Counted from the stretch's first letter, positions 39,247 through 48,754 are shown. The stretch: 58,308 nt of DNA from Polyangiaceae bacterium (GCA_044222475.1 JBGANF010000040.1:1-58308); one strand, 5' to 3'. Translations and numbers: made by a program. Notes: generated by a model not told the origin, from the sequence alone.

Positions 39247-40356
39247 GTGCGTCGACTCGTGCTGGCTCTTCTCGTGCTCACGGCCTGCGGCGGGCGCTTC
39301 CTCGACGACGCGACCGACGAACCAAGCCCGACGTCGACGCTCGAGGGGCCACTCGGCGTCTGCGAGAACCGCATCGAGTACTCGAACGATCGCAACGACC
39401 AGACGACGACGACGGCGCGCCTCGGGTACGACGCCGCTGGCCACATGGTGCGCTACCTCGAGACCTCGGCGCGCGGCTATGCACCACTCAGCCTGAAGCG
39501 GACCTACGACGACGACGGGTTGCTCCGCAGACAGGACGAGAGCTTCCCGCGCATCGGTCCCGATCGGCGTCACGCGACGTGGGAGTACGACGCGACCGCG
39601 CGCCCGATCGCGATCACGTTCGACGTCGAGGACACGCCTCCACGGTCGACGTACACCACGATTGCCTACGACTCCGAGGGTCGCCGCCTCACCGTCGAGT
39701 CCAAACGAAACGGCGTGCTGTCGGACGTGACCCACTTCTCGTACGTCCCTGGCGATGGCGCACCTGCGACGGAGATCGTCGAGGAAGCGCACGACCTCGG
39801 CGCCGACGGGACGATCGACTGGACGTGGCGGTACGGCTTCGCCGGGAGCTGGTACGTCTTCCTCGAGGCGGTTCGGAACGGGAAGGTGGACGCGCGAGAG
39901 ATCTTCACTTACTCGGACCTCGCGCGCGGCGAGCTCGAGCGGCGCGACTTCGACCACGACGGCGACGGCGTCATCGACGACGTGGACCGCTTCACCTGGG
40001 TGAACCATCACATCGTTCACGCGAGTCACACGCTCTCCGACTTCCCGGAGGACTCGCCCCAGTCGCACGATCTCGAGTGGGACGGCGCCGGGCACCTCGT
40101 CAAACGCACCTGGAAGACCCCGCGCTACACGTTCGTGACGACGTTCGACTGGGGCGCGGAGGGCCTGGTCCGCGTCGCACGCCGTGACGGCAAGTCCGGC
40201 GAGCCGATCGAGCGGTGGAGCTTCGGGTACGGCTGCCCGGCCGGTCGTCCCATGGTGGTACGCATCGCACCGGTGGTCGACTGGCAGCGCGAGCTCGAGC
40301 CGATGCCGTTCACCCTCGATCGCGCGAAGTTCTGGGTCTTCCCCGAGGTGTTCTGA
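39247..40356 (+). CDS. YD-repeat lipoprotein with DxDxDG Ca-binding-like loops
   Basis: Lipobox LTAC; YDAAGH, YDDDGL, YDSEGR, WDGAGH repeats; DFDHDGDGVIDD. Confidence 0.7.
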   Translation: MRRLVLALLVLTACGGRFLDDATDEPSPTSTLEGPLGVCENRIEYSNDRNDQTTTTARLGYDAAGHMVRYLETSARGYAPLSLKRTYDDDGLLRRQDESFPRIGPDRRHATWEYDATARPIAITFDVEDTPPRSTYTTIAYDSEGRRLTVESKRNGVLSDVTHFSYVPGDGAPATEIVEEAHDLGADGTIDWTWRYGFAGSWYVFLEAVRNGKVDAREIFTYSDLARGELERRDFDHDGDGVIDDVDRFTWVNHHIVHASHTLSDFPEDSPQSHDLEWDGAGHLVKRTWKTPRYTFVTTFDWGAEGLVRVARRDGKSGEPIERWSFGYGCPAGRPMVVRIAPVVDWQRELEPMPFTLDRAKFWVFPEVF

Positions 40357-40396
40357 CCATCGATCTCGCGCCCGCCTTGCCGTATCGTGGGTGACG

Positions 40397-41770
40397 ATGA
40401 CCGACGCGGATGCGGCACGAGACTCTCTGGACGACGCGCTAGACAAGGCCGCGAACCTGCTCGAGCCTCCGCCCACGCGATCGTCCGGCGTCGGCGTCAT
40501 CGACGCGCGCTTCAAGACTCGTCGAGTCGTCACGCGGAGCAAGAACGCGTGGGTCCTCGAGGCCGAGCACGTCGTCACGAATCGCGGCTTGGCGCTCAAG
40601 GTAGCGTTTCCCCACGAGCACTCGCGCGCGCGAATCCGCGCGGCCGCCGTCGCGCTCGGCGCGCTCGCTCACATCGACGGAGTGGTCGACGTCCTCGACG
40701 CCCGCGTCGACGGCGAGACTGCGACGTACGTGGCGCTCGAGTGGATCGGCGGGCGTTCCTTGGAGGGCATCCTCGCGGCGCGCGGCACGCTTCCGCCAGC
40801 GTCGATCCCGGCCCTCGGGAGCGTGATCGCCGACACCTTGGCGGAGGTCCACGCGGCGGGCTGGGTTCACGGCGATTTCGCGGCGAAGCACGTCTTCCTC
40901 ACCCGCGGTCGCAACGGCAGAGAGACGATCAAGCTCATCGATTTCGGAGGCGCCGTCGTCGTCGAGGAGCGGGCGGACGGAAAGCTCTCGCCAGCGAACG
41001 ACGTCTTCGCGCTCGGCGCCATGCTCGCGCGAGCGCTCGTCGGCCGAGCGGAGCCGTTGCGCGACGATCTTCCACAGACCGCGCTCGGCGCGCTCCTCGT
41101 CCAGACGCTCGATCCGAACCCGGCGCTGCGTCCGACTGCGCCCGACCTCGTGCGCGAGCTCCTGCGGGTGCTCGAACAAGGGGAGCGCGCGAGCGTCGTC
41201 ATCCAGGAGCCGCCGACTCCCGCGCCGCCGGTGGCTGCCGCACCGCCACCACCGCCAGCACCGCCGCCGCCTCCTCCTGCTCCTCCTCCTCCGGTCGCGG
41301 TCGCGCCGCCACCGCCCCCCGCAGCTCCGCCGAAGCCTCCTCCGGTGCCCAAGGCAGCAGCGCCGGTCCCGCCGCCCGTGCGCAAGAAGCCGCCGCCGCC
41401 CGCGCCAGCGATCGAGCTCGATCTCCCTCCGACGAGCGGTCCCGAGATGCGAAGGAAGCCGCGCGCCAGCTACGTGACGCCGGTGCTGGTGACGCGCCAA
41501 TCGGGCACGTTGGAAGGACGCACCGAGGACTTGTCGGAGTCCGGCATGCTCCTCGTTCTGCGCGACCCGTGCGTCGCAGGCGAGCGTGTCGATCTTCGCT
41601 TCGCTCTGCCCATCGACGGGCTCGTGGCCACCTGCACCGCACGGGTCGCGTGGTCGCGCTCGCACGCGGGCGCGCCGGGAACGCACGCGGTGGGCGTCGA
41701 GCTGCTCGAACCGCCGCGCGCGATCACCGCTGCGATCGCGAAGTACGTCAAGCTGCTGGGAGTCGCGTGA
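40397..41770 (+). CDS. Pseudokinase - Pro-rich linker - PilZ domain protein
   Basis: LALK, HGDFAAKH, DFG with no APE; PilZ RRKPR and DLSESG. Confidence 0.75.
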   Translation: MTDADAARDSLDDALDKAANLLEPPPTRSSGVGVIDARFKTRRVVTRSKNAWVLEAEHVVTNRGLALKVAFPHEHSRARIRAAAVALGALAHIDGVVDVLDARVDGETATYVALEWIGGRSLEGILAARGTLPPASIPALGSVIADTLAEVHAAGWVHGDFAAKHVFLTRGRNGRETIKLIDFGGAVVVEERADGKLSPANDVFALGAMLARALVGRAEPLRDDLPQTALGALLVQTLDPNPALRPTAPDLVRELLRVLEQGERASVVIQEPPTPAPPVAAAPPPPPAPPPPPPAPPPPVAVAPPPPPAAPPKPPPVPKAAAPVPPPVRKKPPPPAPAIELDLPPTSGPEMRRKPRASYVTPVLVTRQSGTLEGRTEDLSESGMLLVLRDPCVAGERVDLRFALPIDGLVATCTARVAWSRSHAGAPGTHAVGVELLEPPRAITAAIAKYVKLLGVA

Positions 41771-42548
41771 CGCTCGGGAGCGTCGCCTTCAGCGCTCCCT
41801 GATCGAACACCCACATCTCGCCCGGACGACCGATCGTCCAGACCTCGTCGCGGGTGAGCGGCGTCGTCGCGACGACGGCGACGCGATCCTTCGGGGTCGT
41901 CACCTCGGCGAAGTCGACGCGGAGCTCTTCGTCGCTCAGCGTCGCCCTCCCGAACGGTGCTTTGCGGATGATGTACGCGAGCTTCGTCGCGCAGCGCGCG
42001 TAGAGGTGCCGTCCGTCGCCGAGCAGGAAGTTGAACGTGCCTCCCGCGCCGAGATCGGCGCCGACGCTCGCGACGGCGCGCCACAGCTTCTTCGGGTCAC
42101 TCGGGAAATCGGCGAAGCGTCGCGCGAGTCGATCGAGGAGTACGCAGAACGCGTGCTCGCTGTCGGTGGTGCCGATCGGTTCGAACCGCCCGAGGCGATG
42201 CCGGCGCACGTTCTTCAGCGTGCCGTTGTGCGCGAACACGAAGCTTCGGCCCCACAGCTCGCGCACGAACGGGTGGGTGTTCTCCAGCGCGATCTTCCCT
42301 CGCGTGCGGCGGCGCACGTGGGCGACCGCGAGCAGCGTCTTGATCGGGTTCTCGCGTACGTATTTTGCGAGCGCCGAGTGCGCGGCCGCCGTGGGTTCGA
42401 GGAAGGTGCGGACCGCACGGCCGTCGTAGAGCGCGAGACCCCAGCCGTCGGCGTGAGGTCCCTTCAGCCCGCCTCGGAGCGCAAGACCGGAGAAGGAGAA
42501 CACGATGTCCGTGGGGACGTTGCACTCCATGCCGAGCAGCTCACACAT
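41748..42548 (-). CDS. Class II glutamine amidotransferase (YafJ family)
   Basis: N-terminal MCELLGM (Ntn Cys), HADGWG, NTHPF, FAHNG, GTTDSEHAF. Confidence 0.9.
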   Translation of the reverse strand: MCELLGMECNVPTDIVFSFSGLALRGGLKGPHADGWGLALYDGRAVRTFLEPTAAAHSALAKYVRENPIKTLLAVAHVRRRTRGKIALENTHPFVRELWGRSFVFAHNGTLKNVRRHRLGRFEPIGTTDSEHAFCVLLDRLARRFADFPSDPKKLWRAVASVGADLGAGGTFNFLLGDGRHLYARCATKLAYIIRKAPFGRATLSDEELRVDFAEVTTPKDRVAVVATTPLTRDEVWTIGRPGEMWVFDQGALKATLPSVTRLPAA

Positions 42549-43222
42549 CAATACCCACAGTAGTTGCTGCTGAGCGGCAGCCCGAGCTTGCACGTCGTGT
42601 TGACCGGGCACTTGGTGCCGTCGCAGTTGCCTTTGCAGTCACTCGCGCTGCAGGTGTACGGGGTGAACGACGTCGAGCAGCAGCCGCTCCAGCACCCGCT
42701 GCTCGCGGTGCAGCCGCGGCAGAAGTAGCGCCCGCCGAGCAGCGAGCACGACTCGCCGTTGTTCGGGTTGCACTTGATGCCGCACGCACCGCAGTTGTTG
42801 CCGGTGTTCGTCGTTAGGGGGACGCCCGCGCAGCAGCGCGCGTTCGGATCGTTCGCGTTCCAGTTGTAGCCCTCGGGCTTCGGCGTCGGCGAGTAGCAGA
42901 GCTTGTTCTTGCAGACGCCGGCGTTGAAGCACGCGTTCGGAGCGGCTTTGCACGGCGTGTTGTCGGGCCAGACGGCGCAGCCGGTCCCGGCGTCGGCCGC
43001 GGCGTCGATGCCGGAGTCGGGCGGCGGGAGATCGGCTTCGACGACGACGTCCTCGAACGCGGCGGCGTCGAGCGGGATGTACGTCACGTCGTCGAGCGGG
43101 ATGGTCGTCACGTCGTCGGGGGTGCCGGCGTCGGGATCGGTGACTTGGAACTGTTGGGGCGAGCTGCACGCCGCGAGCAGCGAGACAGCGAACGCAAGGA
43201 AGAGACCTGAGCTGCGCGCCAC
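42548..43222 (-). CDS. Cys-rich myxobacterial lipoprotein
   Basis: Lipobox LAAC, acidic DAG linker, NNCGACGIKC module; TGATG coupling to the downstream gene. Confidence 0.72.
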   Translation of the reverse strand: MARSSGLFLAFAVSLLAACSSPQQFQVTDPDAGTPDDVTTIPLDDVTYIPLDAAAFEDVVVEADLPPPDSGIDAAADAGTGCAVWPDNTPCKAAPNACFNAGVCKNKLCYSPTPKPEGYNWNANDPNARCCAGVPLTTNTGNNCGACGIKCNPNNGESCSLLGGRYFCRGCTASSGCWSGCCSTSFTPYTCSASDCKGNCDGTKCPVNTTCKLGLPLSSNYCGY

Positions 43223-43293
43223 GACTGGATCTTGCCACGACGGCCGGCTTTCCGCGACGCCCCTTTTGAGTCGAGTTGCGCTATGGATGGCCC

Positions 43294-44235
43294 ATGGATC
43301 GAGCGTCTTTGGAAACCCATTTCGTCGAGCTGATCCGCCGAGCAGCGACCGACCTCCCGTCGGACGTCGAAGCGGCGATCTCCCGCGCCCGCGACGGCGA
43401 GCGCCAGATGAGCGCGGCGCGCAACGCGCTGGACATGCTCCTGATCAACGTGTCCAAGGCCCGCGCGGTGAGCGCCCCGATGTGCCAGGACACCGGGATG
43501 AACATTTGGTACGTCCACTACCCGGCCGGTCCGCACGAGCACGTCCTCACCGAGGCGATCCGGGCGGCGACGGTGACGGCGACCAAGAAGGTGTACCTGC
43601 GCCCGAACAGCGTCGACTCGATCTCGGGTCTGAACGACGGTACCAACGTGGGACCGGGCTCGCCGCAGATCCACTTCCACCAGTGGGACAAGCCGTTCAT
43701 CAAGGCCGACCTCCTCCTCAAGGGCGGCGGCTGCGAGAACGTGTCGGGGCAGATGTCGCTACCCAACGGCGAGATCAAGGCGGGCCGCGATCTCGAGGGC
43801 GTGAAGCGCGCCGTCATCAAGATGGTGCTCGACGCGCAAGGGCAGGGGTGCGCGCCCGGCGTCTGCGGCGTGTGCATCGGCAGCGATCGCGCAGGCGGTG
43901 CGCTCGCGGCGAAGGAGCAAGTCTTCCGCGTCCTCGACGACGAGAACCCCGACCCGCGGCTGGCCAAGCTCGAGGCCGAGCTGATGGAGGCCTGCAACGG
44001 GCTTCAGATCGGCCCGATGGGCTTCGGCGGAAAGACGACGGTCCTCGGCATCAAGGTGACGGCGCAGAATCGCCTGCCGGCGAGCTTCTTCGTCAGCCTG
44101 GCGTACGAGTGTTGGTCGTGCCGGCGCTGGAGCGCGGAGATCGATCCGAACGCGGGCACGGCCGGGTTCACCGAGCTCACCGAGATCGCGAGCCACTACA
44201 AGCTTCCGAAGCGACTCACGGAGAAGGCGGCCTGA
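43294..44235 (+). CDS. Fe-S hydro-lyase (fumarate/tartrate) alpha subunit
   Basis: PMCQDTG, KGGGCEN, GCAP, GPMGFGGKTT. Confidence 0.92.
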   Translation: MDRASLETHFVELIRRAATDLPSDVEAAISRARDGERQMSAARNALDMLLINVSKARAVSAPMCQDTGMNIWYVHYPAGPHEHVLTEAIRAATVTATKKVYLRPNSVDSISGLNDGTNVGPGSPQIHFHQWDKPFIKADLLLKGGGCENVSGQMSLPNGEIKAGRDLEGVKRAVIKMVLDAQGQGCAPGVCGVCIGSDRAGGALAAKEQVFRVLDDENPDPRLAKLEAELMEACNGLQIGPMGFGGKTTVLGIKVTAQNRLPASFFVSLAYECWSCRRWSAEIDPNAGTAGFTELTEIASHYKLPKRLTEKAA

Positions 44236-44236
44236 C

Positions 44237-44875
44237 ATGGGAATCACGCGCATCGATTTGCCGACGGACGAAGCGAAGATCCGCGCGCTGAAGGTCGGAG
44301 ACGAGATTGGGCTGTGGGGAACGCTCGTCACCGGACGCGACGGCGCGCACAAGCTCATGCACGAGGCGATTCACGCCGCACAAGACGGGGACCCGTCGAA
44401 GATGGCGGAGCTCGCCTGGCTGAAGGCGCTGCTGAAGGACTCGTTCATCTACCACTGCGGTCCGGTGATGAAGCGGCTCAGCGAGGGCAAGGCCAAGGAC
44501 GCGAACTGGACGGTGGTCGCGGCCGGGCCGACCACGTCGATCCGCGAGGAGCCGTACCAAGCCGAGGTGATCGAGCACTTCGGTCTGCGGGGCGTCATCG
44601 GCAAAGGCGGCATGGGTCCGAAGACCGCCGGCGCGTGTCAGAAGTTCGGTGCAGTCTACATGCACTGTGTCGGCGGGGCGGCGGTCGCGCTGGCCGAGGC
44701 GATCAAGGAAGTCGTGACGGTGCACCTGTTCGACGAGCTCGGCGCGCCCGAGGCGTTTTGGGTCCTGCGGGTCGAAGACTTCCGCGGCGTCGTCACCATC
44801 GACGCGCACGGCGGCTCGCTCCACAAGGACGTCCTGGCGTCGAGCAAGGACGCGGCGGCGAAGTACTTCACCTGA
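44237..44875 (+). CDS. Fe-S hydro-lyase (fumarate/tartrate) beta subunit
   Basis: TGRDGAH, YHCGP, GPTTSIREE, IGKGGM, IDAHG. Confidence 0.92.
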   Translation: MGITRIDLPTDEAKIRALKVGDEIGLWGTLVTGRDGAHKLMHEAIHAAQDGDPSKMAELAWLKALLKDSFIYHCGPVMKRLSEGKAKDANWTVVAAGPTTSIREEPYQAEVIEHFGLRGVIGKGGMGPKTAGACQKFGAVYMHCVGGAAVALAEAIKEVVTVHLFDELGAPEAFWVLRVEDFRGVVTIDAHGGSLHKDVLASSKDAAAKYFT

Positions 44876-44942
44876 GCCCCTCCCCAGAGAGGCTAGCCGG
44901 CTAACGATCCAGCCGCGGGTCCATCCGGATCCAGGGAGGTCG

Positions 44943-45003
44943 AGTAGTTTCAGCTATTTACGGTGGTGTAGGTACAGGTACACTTCGTGCTTACATCGGT
45001 CCC
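44943..45003 (+). promoter_or_regulatory. Conserved upstream element, copy 2
   Basis: AGTAGTTTC-agc-TA-t-TTA..GTAGGT..TACATCGG; same spacing as 8116-8177. Confidence 0.55.
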
Positions 45004-47187
45004 ATGCGGACCTCTGCCCTCTTCTTGATGGCCCTCGCCCTCGCGGCGGCTCCCCTCGCCAGCGGGTGCTCGGCCAACGTCGACGACCTCGAGGAGAGCG
45101 AAGACGCCCTCGCCGCCAAGCCCTACGCGATGAAGATCACGTCGGCGACCGGCTACAAGGCATTCGGCGTCGAAGGCGGCGGCTTCGGCCAGTCCGGCCG
45201 CACGATGAAGTTCGTCATCGACGCGCGCACGTCGGCCCGGTCGATCTACTTCGTCAACGGCAACTACACGGTCGGCGGCAAGGTTCCCGACTCGCAGAAG
45301 TACCACTGGTACTTCGCCCGGAAGCACATGGGCGTCACCGACGACAACACGACGTTCAACGACTCGACGTACTTCGTTCAGAAGAAGCGCTTCTTCGCCG
45401 GCACGATCCAGACGTACATCGCCGGAAGCGACACCGTCCCGACGTACGCCGTTCAGCTCTACCCCGACGACGTCGCCGCCGAAGAGACGATCCTCGGCAT
45501 GCTCGAGACGATCAAGCCGGCGTTCACCATCAAGGGCGCGAAGCTCGCGTTCGTCGCTTCGGGCCCGCAGCAGACGACCGCCAAGGTCAAAGCGAAGATC
45601 GAAGCGCTCGGCTTCCGCATCGCGACCCTCGAGCAGATGCTCGGCGACGTGAAGTACTTCCCGACGAACCCGGGCGAGGCCTGGGGCTACCTGCGAATCT
45701 TCCCCAAGGACCTCGGCTCGCTCCGCCCGACCGACATCCCGGTGTTCGACGATCTCCCGCTGGACCTGTCGGTCGTCGCCGGGACGATCACCCGCGTGTA
45801 CCAAGACGCGACGTCGCACGTGAACCTCAAGTCGAAGGAGCGCGGCACGCCCAACATGGTGCTTCGCGACGCGAGCCCGACGAACCCCGCGCTCAAGCCC
45901 TTCGCCGACAAACCCGTGCACCTCGTCGTCGGCAAGAACGGCTACACGATCGAGGCCACCACCGACGAGATCGTCAAAGCGAAGCTCGCCGCCCGGCTCG
46001 CGAAGCCGTGGGTGAAGCTCCCGGTCGTCGCCGAGACCAAGCTCATGTCGTACGACGAGATGTGCCCGAGCAAGGCGGCGTCGTGCCTCGACCTCGTGTC
46101 GCGCTACGGCGGAAAATCGACCGGACTCGGCTTCCTGGCGAACCCGAAGGTGCTCGGACGATTTTCCCAAACTGGTACGGCGAGCAAGAAGGCCGGCTAC
46201 GACCTCGTGCCGTTCGGCTTCGGCATCCCGGTGCAGGGTTATCGCGATTTCGTCGCCGATCCGGCGAACGCGGCGCTCAAGACCAAGATCGACGCGCTCG
46301 TCGCGGCTGAGAAGGGCGGCAACCTCTCGCCCAACGATCGGAACGCCCGCATCAAGGAGATCCAGGGGATGTTCCTCGCCGGCCGCCTCGACCCGGTCCG
46401 CCTGAGCGCCATCACCGCCCGGATTCAGGAGCTCATCCCGGGGATCGAGAAGATCAAGGTGCGCTCGAGCTCGAACGCGGAGGACGTGCCCAACTTCGAC
46501 GGCGCCGGCCTCTACGACAGCTTCTCCGCCAAGCCGGCCAAGGCCGACAACCCGGACAACTCGTGCGTGATCGTCCCCGACCCCGACGCACCGACGAAGA
46601 GCGACGTGTCCCCGAAGACCGTGCAGTGCGCCATCAAGGCCGTCTACGCGAGCCTCTGGAACGCGCGCGCGGTCGAAGAGCGGAGCTTCGCTCGTCTCGA
46701 CCACGCGACCAGCGGGATGGGCCTCGCCATCGTGCCGGCGTACGACAGCGAGTCCGACGTCGCCGCGAACGGCGTCGTCATCACGCGCGCGATCGGAACC
46801 GACATCATCGCGTACACCGTCTCGGTCCAGGATCAGAACAACCTCGTGACGAACCCGGACCCGGGCACGATCGCCGAGACCGAGCTCGCCACGTTCTCGT
46901 CCGAGACGCGCCCGCCCCGCTTCACGCCGACCCGCTTCGCCACCCCGGTGAAGGGTGGGCCCGCGCGTACCACGCCGGTCCTGCCGGTGAACACGCTCAC
47001 GACGCTCGTCGATCTGGTGCGCACCGTCGAGGTCGCGTACTGCAACGCTCAACCCGACTACTACGATGGCGACTGCCGCTACGTGTGGCTCGACAACGAG
47101 AAGCCGAAGGCGCTCGACATGGAGTTCAAGTTCCTCGCGAACGGTCACTTCGTGATGAAGCAAGCGCGCGAGTTCCACGGCCGCTGA
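45004..47187 (+). CDS. Lipoprotein with phospho-His swivel-like domain and C-terminal PPDK/PEP-synthase ATP-grasp domain
   Basis: Lipobox ASGC; TSHVNLKSKERGTPN; YGGKSTGLG, VRSSSNAED..FDGAGLYDS, VYASLWN, DMEFK, KQAR. Confidence 0.8.
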   Translation: MRTSALFLMALALAAAPLASGCSANVDDLEESEDALAAKPYAMKITSATGYKAFGVEGGGFGQSGRTMKFVIDARTSARSIYFVNGNYTVGGKVPDSQKYHWYFARKHMGVTDDNTTFNDSTYFVQKKRFFAGTIQTYIAGSDTVPTYAVQLYPDDVAAEETILGMLETIKPAFTIKGAKLAFVASGPQQTTAKVKAKIEALGFRIATLEQMLGDVKYFPTNPGEAWGYLRIFPKDLGSLRPTDIPVFDDLPLDLSVVAGTITRVYQDATSHVNLKSKERGTPNMVLRDASPTNPALKPFADKPVHLVVGKNGYTIEATTDEIVKAKLAARLAKPWVKLPVVAETKLMSYDEMCPSKAASCLDLVSRYGGKSTGLGFLANPKVLGRFSQTGTASKKAGYDLVPFGFGIPVQGYRDFVADPANAALKTKIDALVAAEKGGNLSPNDRNARIKEIQGMFLAGRLDPVRLSAITARIQELIPGIEKIKVRSSSNAEDVPNFDGAGLYDSFSAKPAKADNPDNSCVIVPDPDAPTKSDVSPKTVQCAIKAVYASLWNARAVEERSFARLDHATSGMGLAIVPAYDSESDVAANGVVITRAIGTDIIAYTVSVQDQNNLVTNPDPGTIAETELATFSSETRPPRFTPTRFATPVKGGPARTTPVLPVNTLTTLVDLVRTVEVAYCNAQPDYYDGDCRYVWLDNEKPKALDMEFKFLANGHFVMKQAREFHGR

Positions 47188-47194
47188 GCCGACG

Positions 47195-47689
47195 TCACTT
47201 GCGCGGGCGCGCGTGCCAGTCGATCCGCGGCCGGAACGCCGGGCCGCTCGGATCGTCGTCGACGAGGGTTCCGGTCACCACCTCGCTGGCGCCGAAGTCG
47301 ACGACGTAGCTGCTTCGCGCGACGAACGCTTGGGACTTGCGGCCGGCCCTCTCGCGCGTCTCGACCTCGACGACGAGGGTCACCTCGTGACGCCCTCGCG
47401 TCGAGGCGACCCAGCGAGCCGCGGTGCCCCGAGTCTCGACCAGCGCGCCCGCGGCAGCGCGCAACATCGCACCACCATCGACGCACATCGCGACGTAGCG
47501 GATCTCTCCCGCGGCTGCTCGCCCGTCGGCCTGGACGAGAACGCTGTCGAGTGAGCCGGGTGGGCTTTCGTACGCCGCCGCGCCTGCGCACGGATCGTCG
47601 ATCAGCGACGGCGGAACCGTGGCGCCGCGCACGCATCCACCGAGTGCGACGGCGGCCATCCAGAGGGCTGGCAGCACGCCGCGGCTCAC
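47195..47689 (-). CDS. Hypothetical lipoprotein
   Basis: GTGA overlap with the upstream stop; lipobox LGGC. Confidence 0.5.
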   Translation of the reverse strand: MSRGVLPALWMAAVALGGCVRGATVPPSLIDDPCAGAAAYESPPGSLDSVLVQADGRAAAGEIRYVAMCVDGGAMLRAAAGALVETRGTAARWVASTRGRHEVTLVVEVETRERAGRKSQAFVARSSYVVDFGASEVVTGTLVDDDPSGPAFRPRIDWHARPRK

Positions 47690-48270
47690 TTGCACGTCAG
47701 GTAGTTGCTCGACAGTCCGATGGGCGGCGGCCCGTTGCATTTCAGCCCGTTCGGGCACGGGTTCGACGCCGCGGGATCGCAGAGCATCGCCTTGCCGACG
47801 CAAGACGTCTGATCCTCGCACGCCACTGCCGACACGGCCGTCTGCGCGAGGTTGAGCGAGACGCAACAGACCTTCGTGCCACCCCCGCAGTCGGCCCAAT
47901 CGTCGCAGCTGATCGGGAGGTTGCTGCAGGCGCTGTTCACGCACTGATAGCTGGAGCTCGACTTGCAGCAGGTTTGACTGCCCGAGCACGACAGCGAGAT
48001 CGACCCGCACAGCACCCCTGCGGGACGCGGGCCCCCGTCCGGAGAGATCCCTCCTTCGATGAAGCTACCACCGTCGCTTTTCGCGTCCTCTGTCGCCGAG
48101 TCCGTCGGCGAAATCGCGTCGACCGGCGAAGAGTCACCCGAGTCGGCACCACCATCGACCGTTGGCTGCGGACCGCCGTCGCCAGCGACGTCGAGGCTGG
48201 ACAGCCCGCTCACGAGGGCACAACCCGCGCATGGTGTGAGCGCCACGATGATGAGTGCGAGTCGATCCAT
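47686..48270 (-). CDS. Cys-rich lipoprotein
   Basis: Signal with AGC, DGG/DSG linker, CCK...CDDWADC...CC module. Confidence 0.7.
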   Translation of the reverse strand: MDRLALIIVALTPCAGCALVSGLSSLDVAGDGGPQPTVDGGADSGDSSPVDAISPTDSATEDAKSDGGSFIEGGISPDGGPRPAGVLCGSISLSCSGSQTCCKSSSSYQCVNSACSNLPISCDDWADCGGGTKVCCVSLNLAQTAVSAVACEDQTSCVGKAMLCDPAASNPCPNGLKCNGPPPIGLSSNYLTCK

Positions 48271-48301
48271 TCGGGCGAGACACCCAGTGTACCATCAACC
48301 C

Positions 48302-48754
48302 ATGGTCAAGCTCGCAATGCTGCGCACGCTTCGCGTGCGCGAGGTCATGACCGAGGCGATCGTTCTCCTGCGCACCCACACCGGCACCACCGAGGCGTGG
48401 GAGCAGCTGCATCGCGCCGGCATCCAGGGGGCACCCGTGCTCGACGACCGCGGGCGTTTGGCCGGCGTTCTGTCGATGGCGGACCTCGCCGATCCGCGGC
48501 GGCGCGCGCCGCTCGCGACCGATGGCACCGTGGGCGACGCGATGACGCGCGTGGTTTACGCCGTTCGCGCGGACGACCCGGTCGTCACCGCGATCCGGTT
48601 GATGCTCGAAGAGAACATCCACCGCGCGGTCGTCGTCAACGACGACGGGTCGCTCGCCGGGATCGTCGTCCCGATGGACATTCTCCGCGCGCTCGTCACT
48701 GACGACGACGGAGCGGTCGAGTACTTCGACCTACGCAAGATCCACGGCGGCTGA
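48302..48754 (+). CDS. CBS domain pair protein
   Basis: VREVMT, GAPVLDDRGRLAGVLS, VGDAMT, GSLAGIV. Confidence 0.85.
   Translation: MVKLAMLRTLRVREVMTEAIVLLRTHTGTTEAWEQLHRAGIQGAPVLDDRGRLAGVLSMADLADPRRRAPLATDGTVGDAMTRVVYAVRADDPVVTAIRLMLEENIHRAVVVNDDGSLAGIVVPMDILRALVTDDDGAVEYFDLRKIHGG

Noticed and set aside
37852..40599. 915-aa minus-strand ORF (likewise 1265-3760, 44950-47178, 13212-15380)
   Set aside because: Antisense to well-supported genes
41209..41430. CCG/CCT-rich low-complexity tract
   Set aside because: Simply encodes the poly-Pro linker
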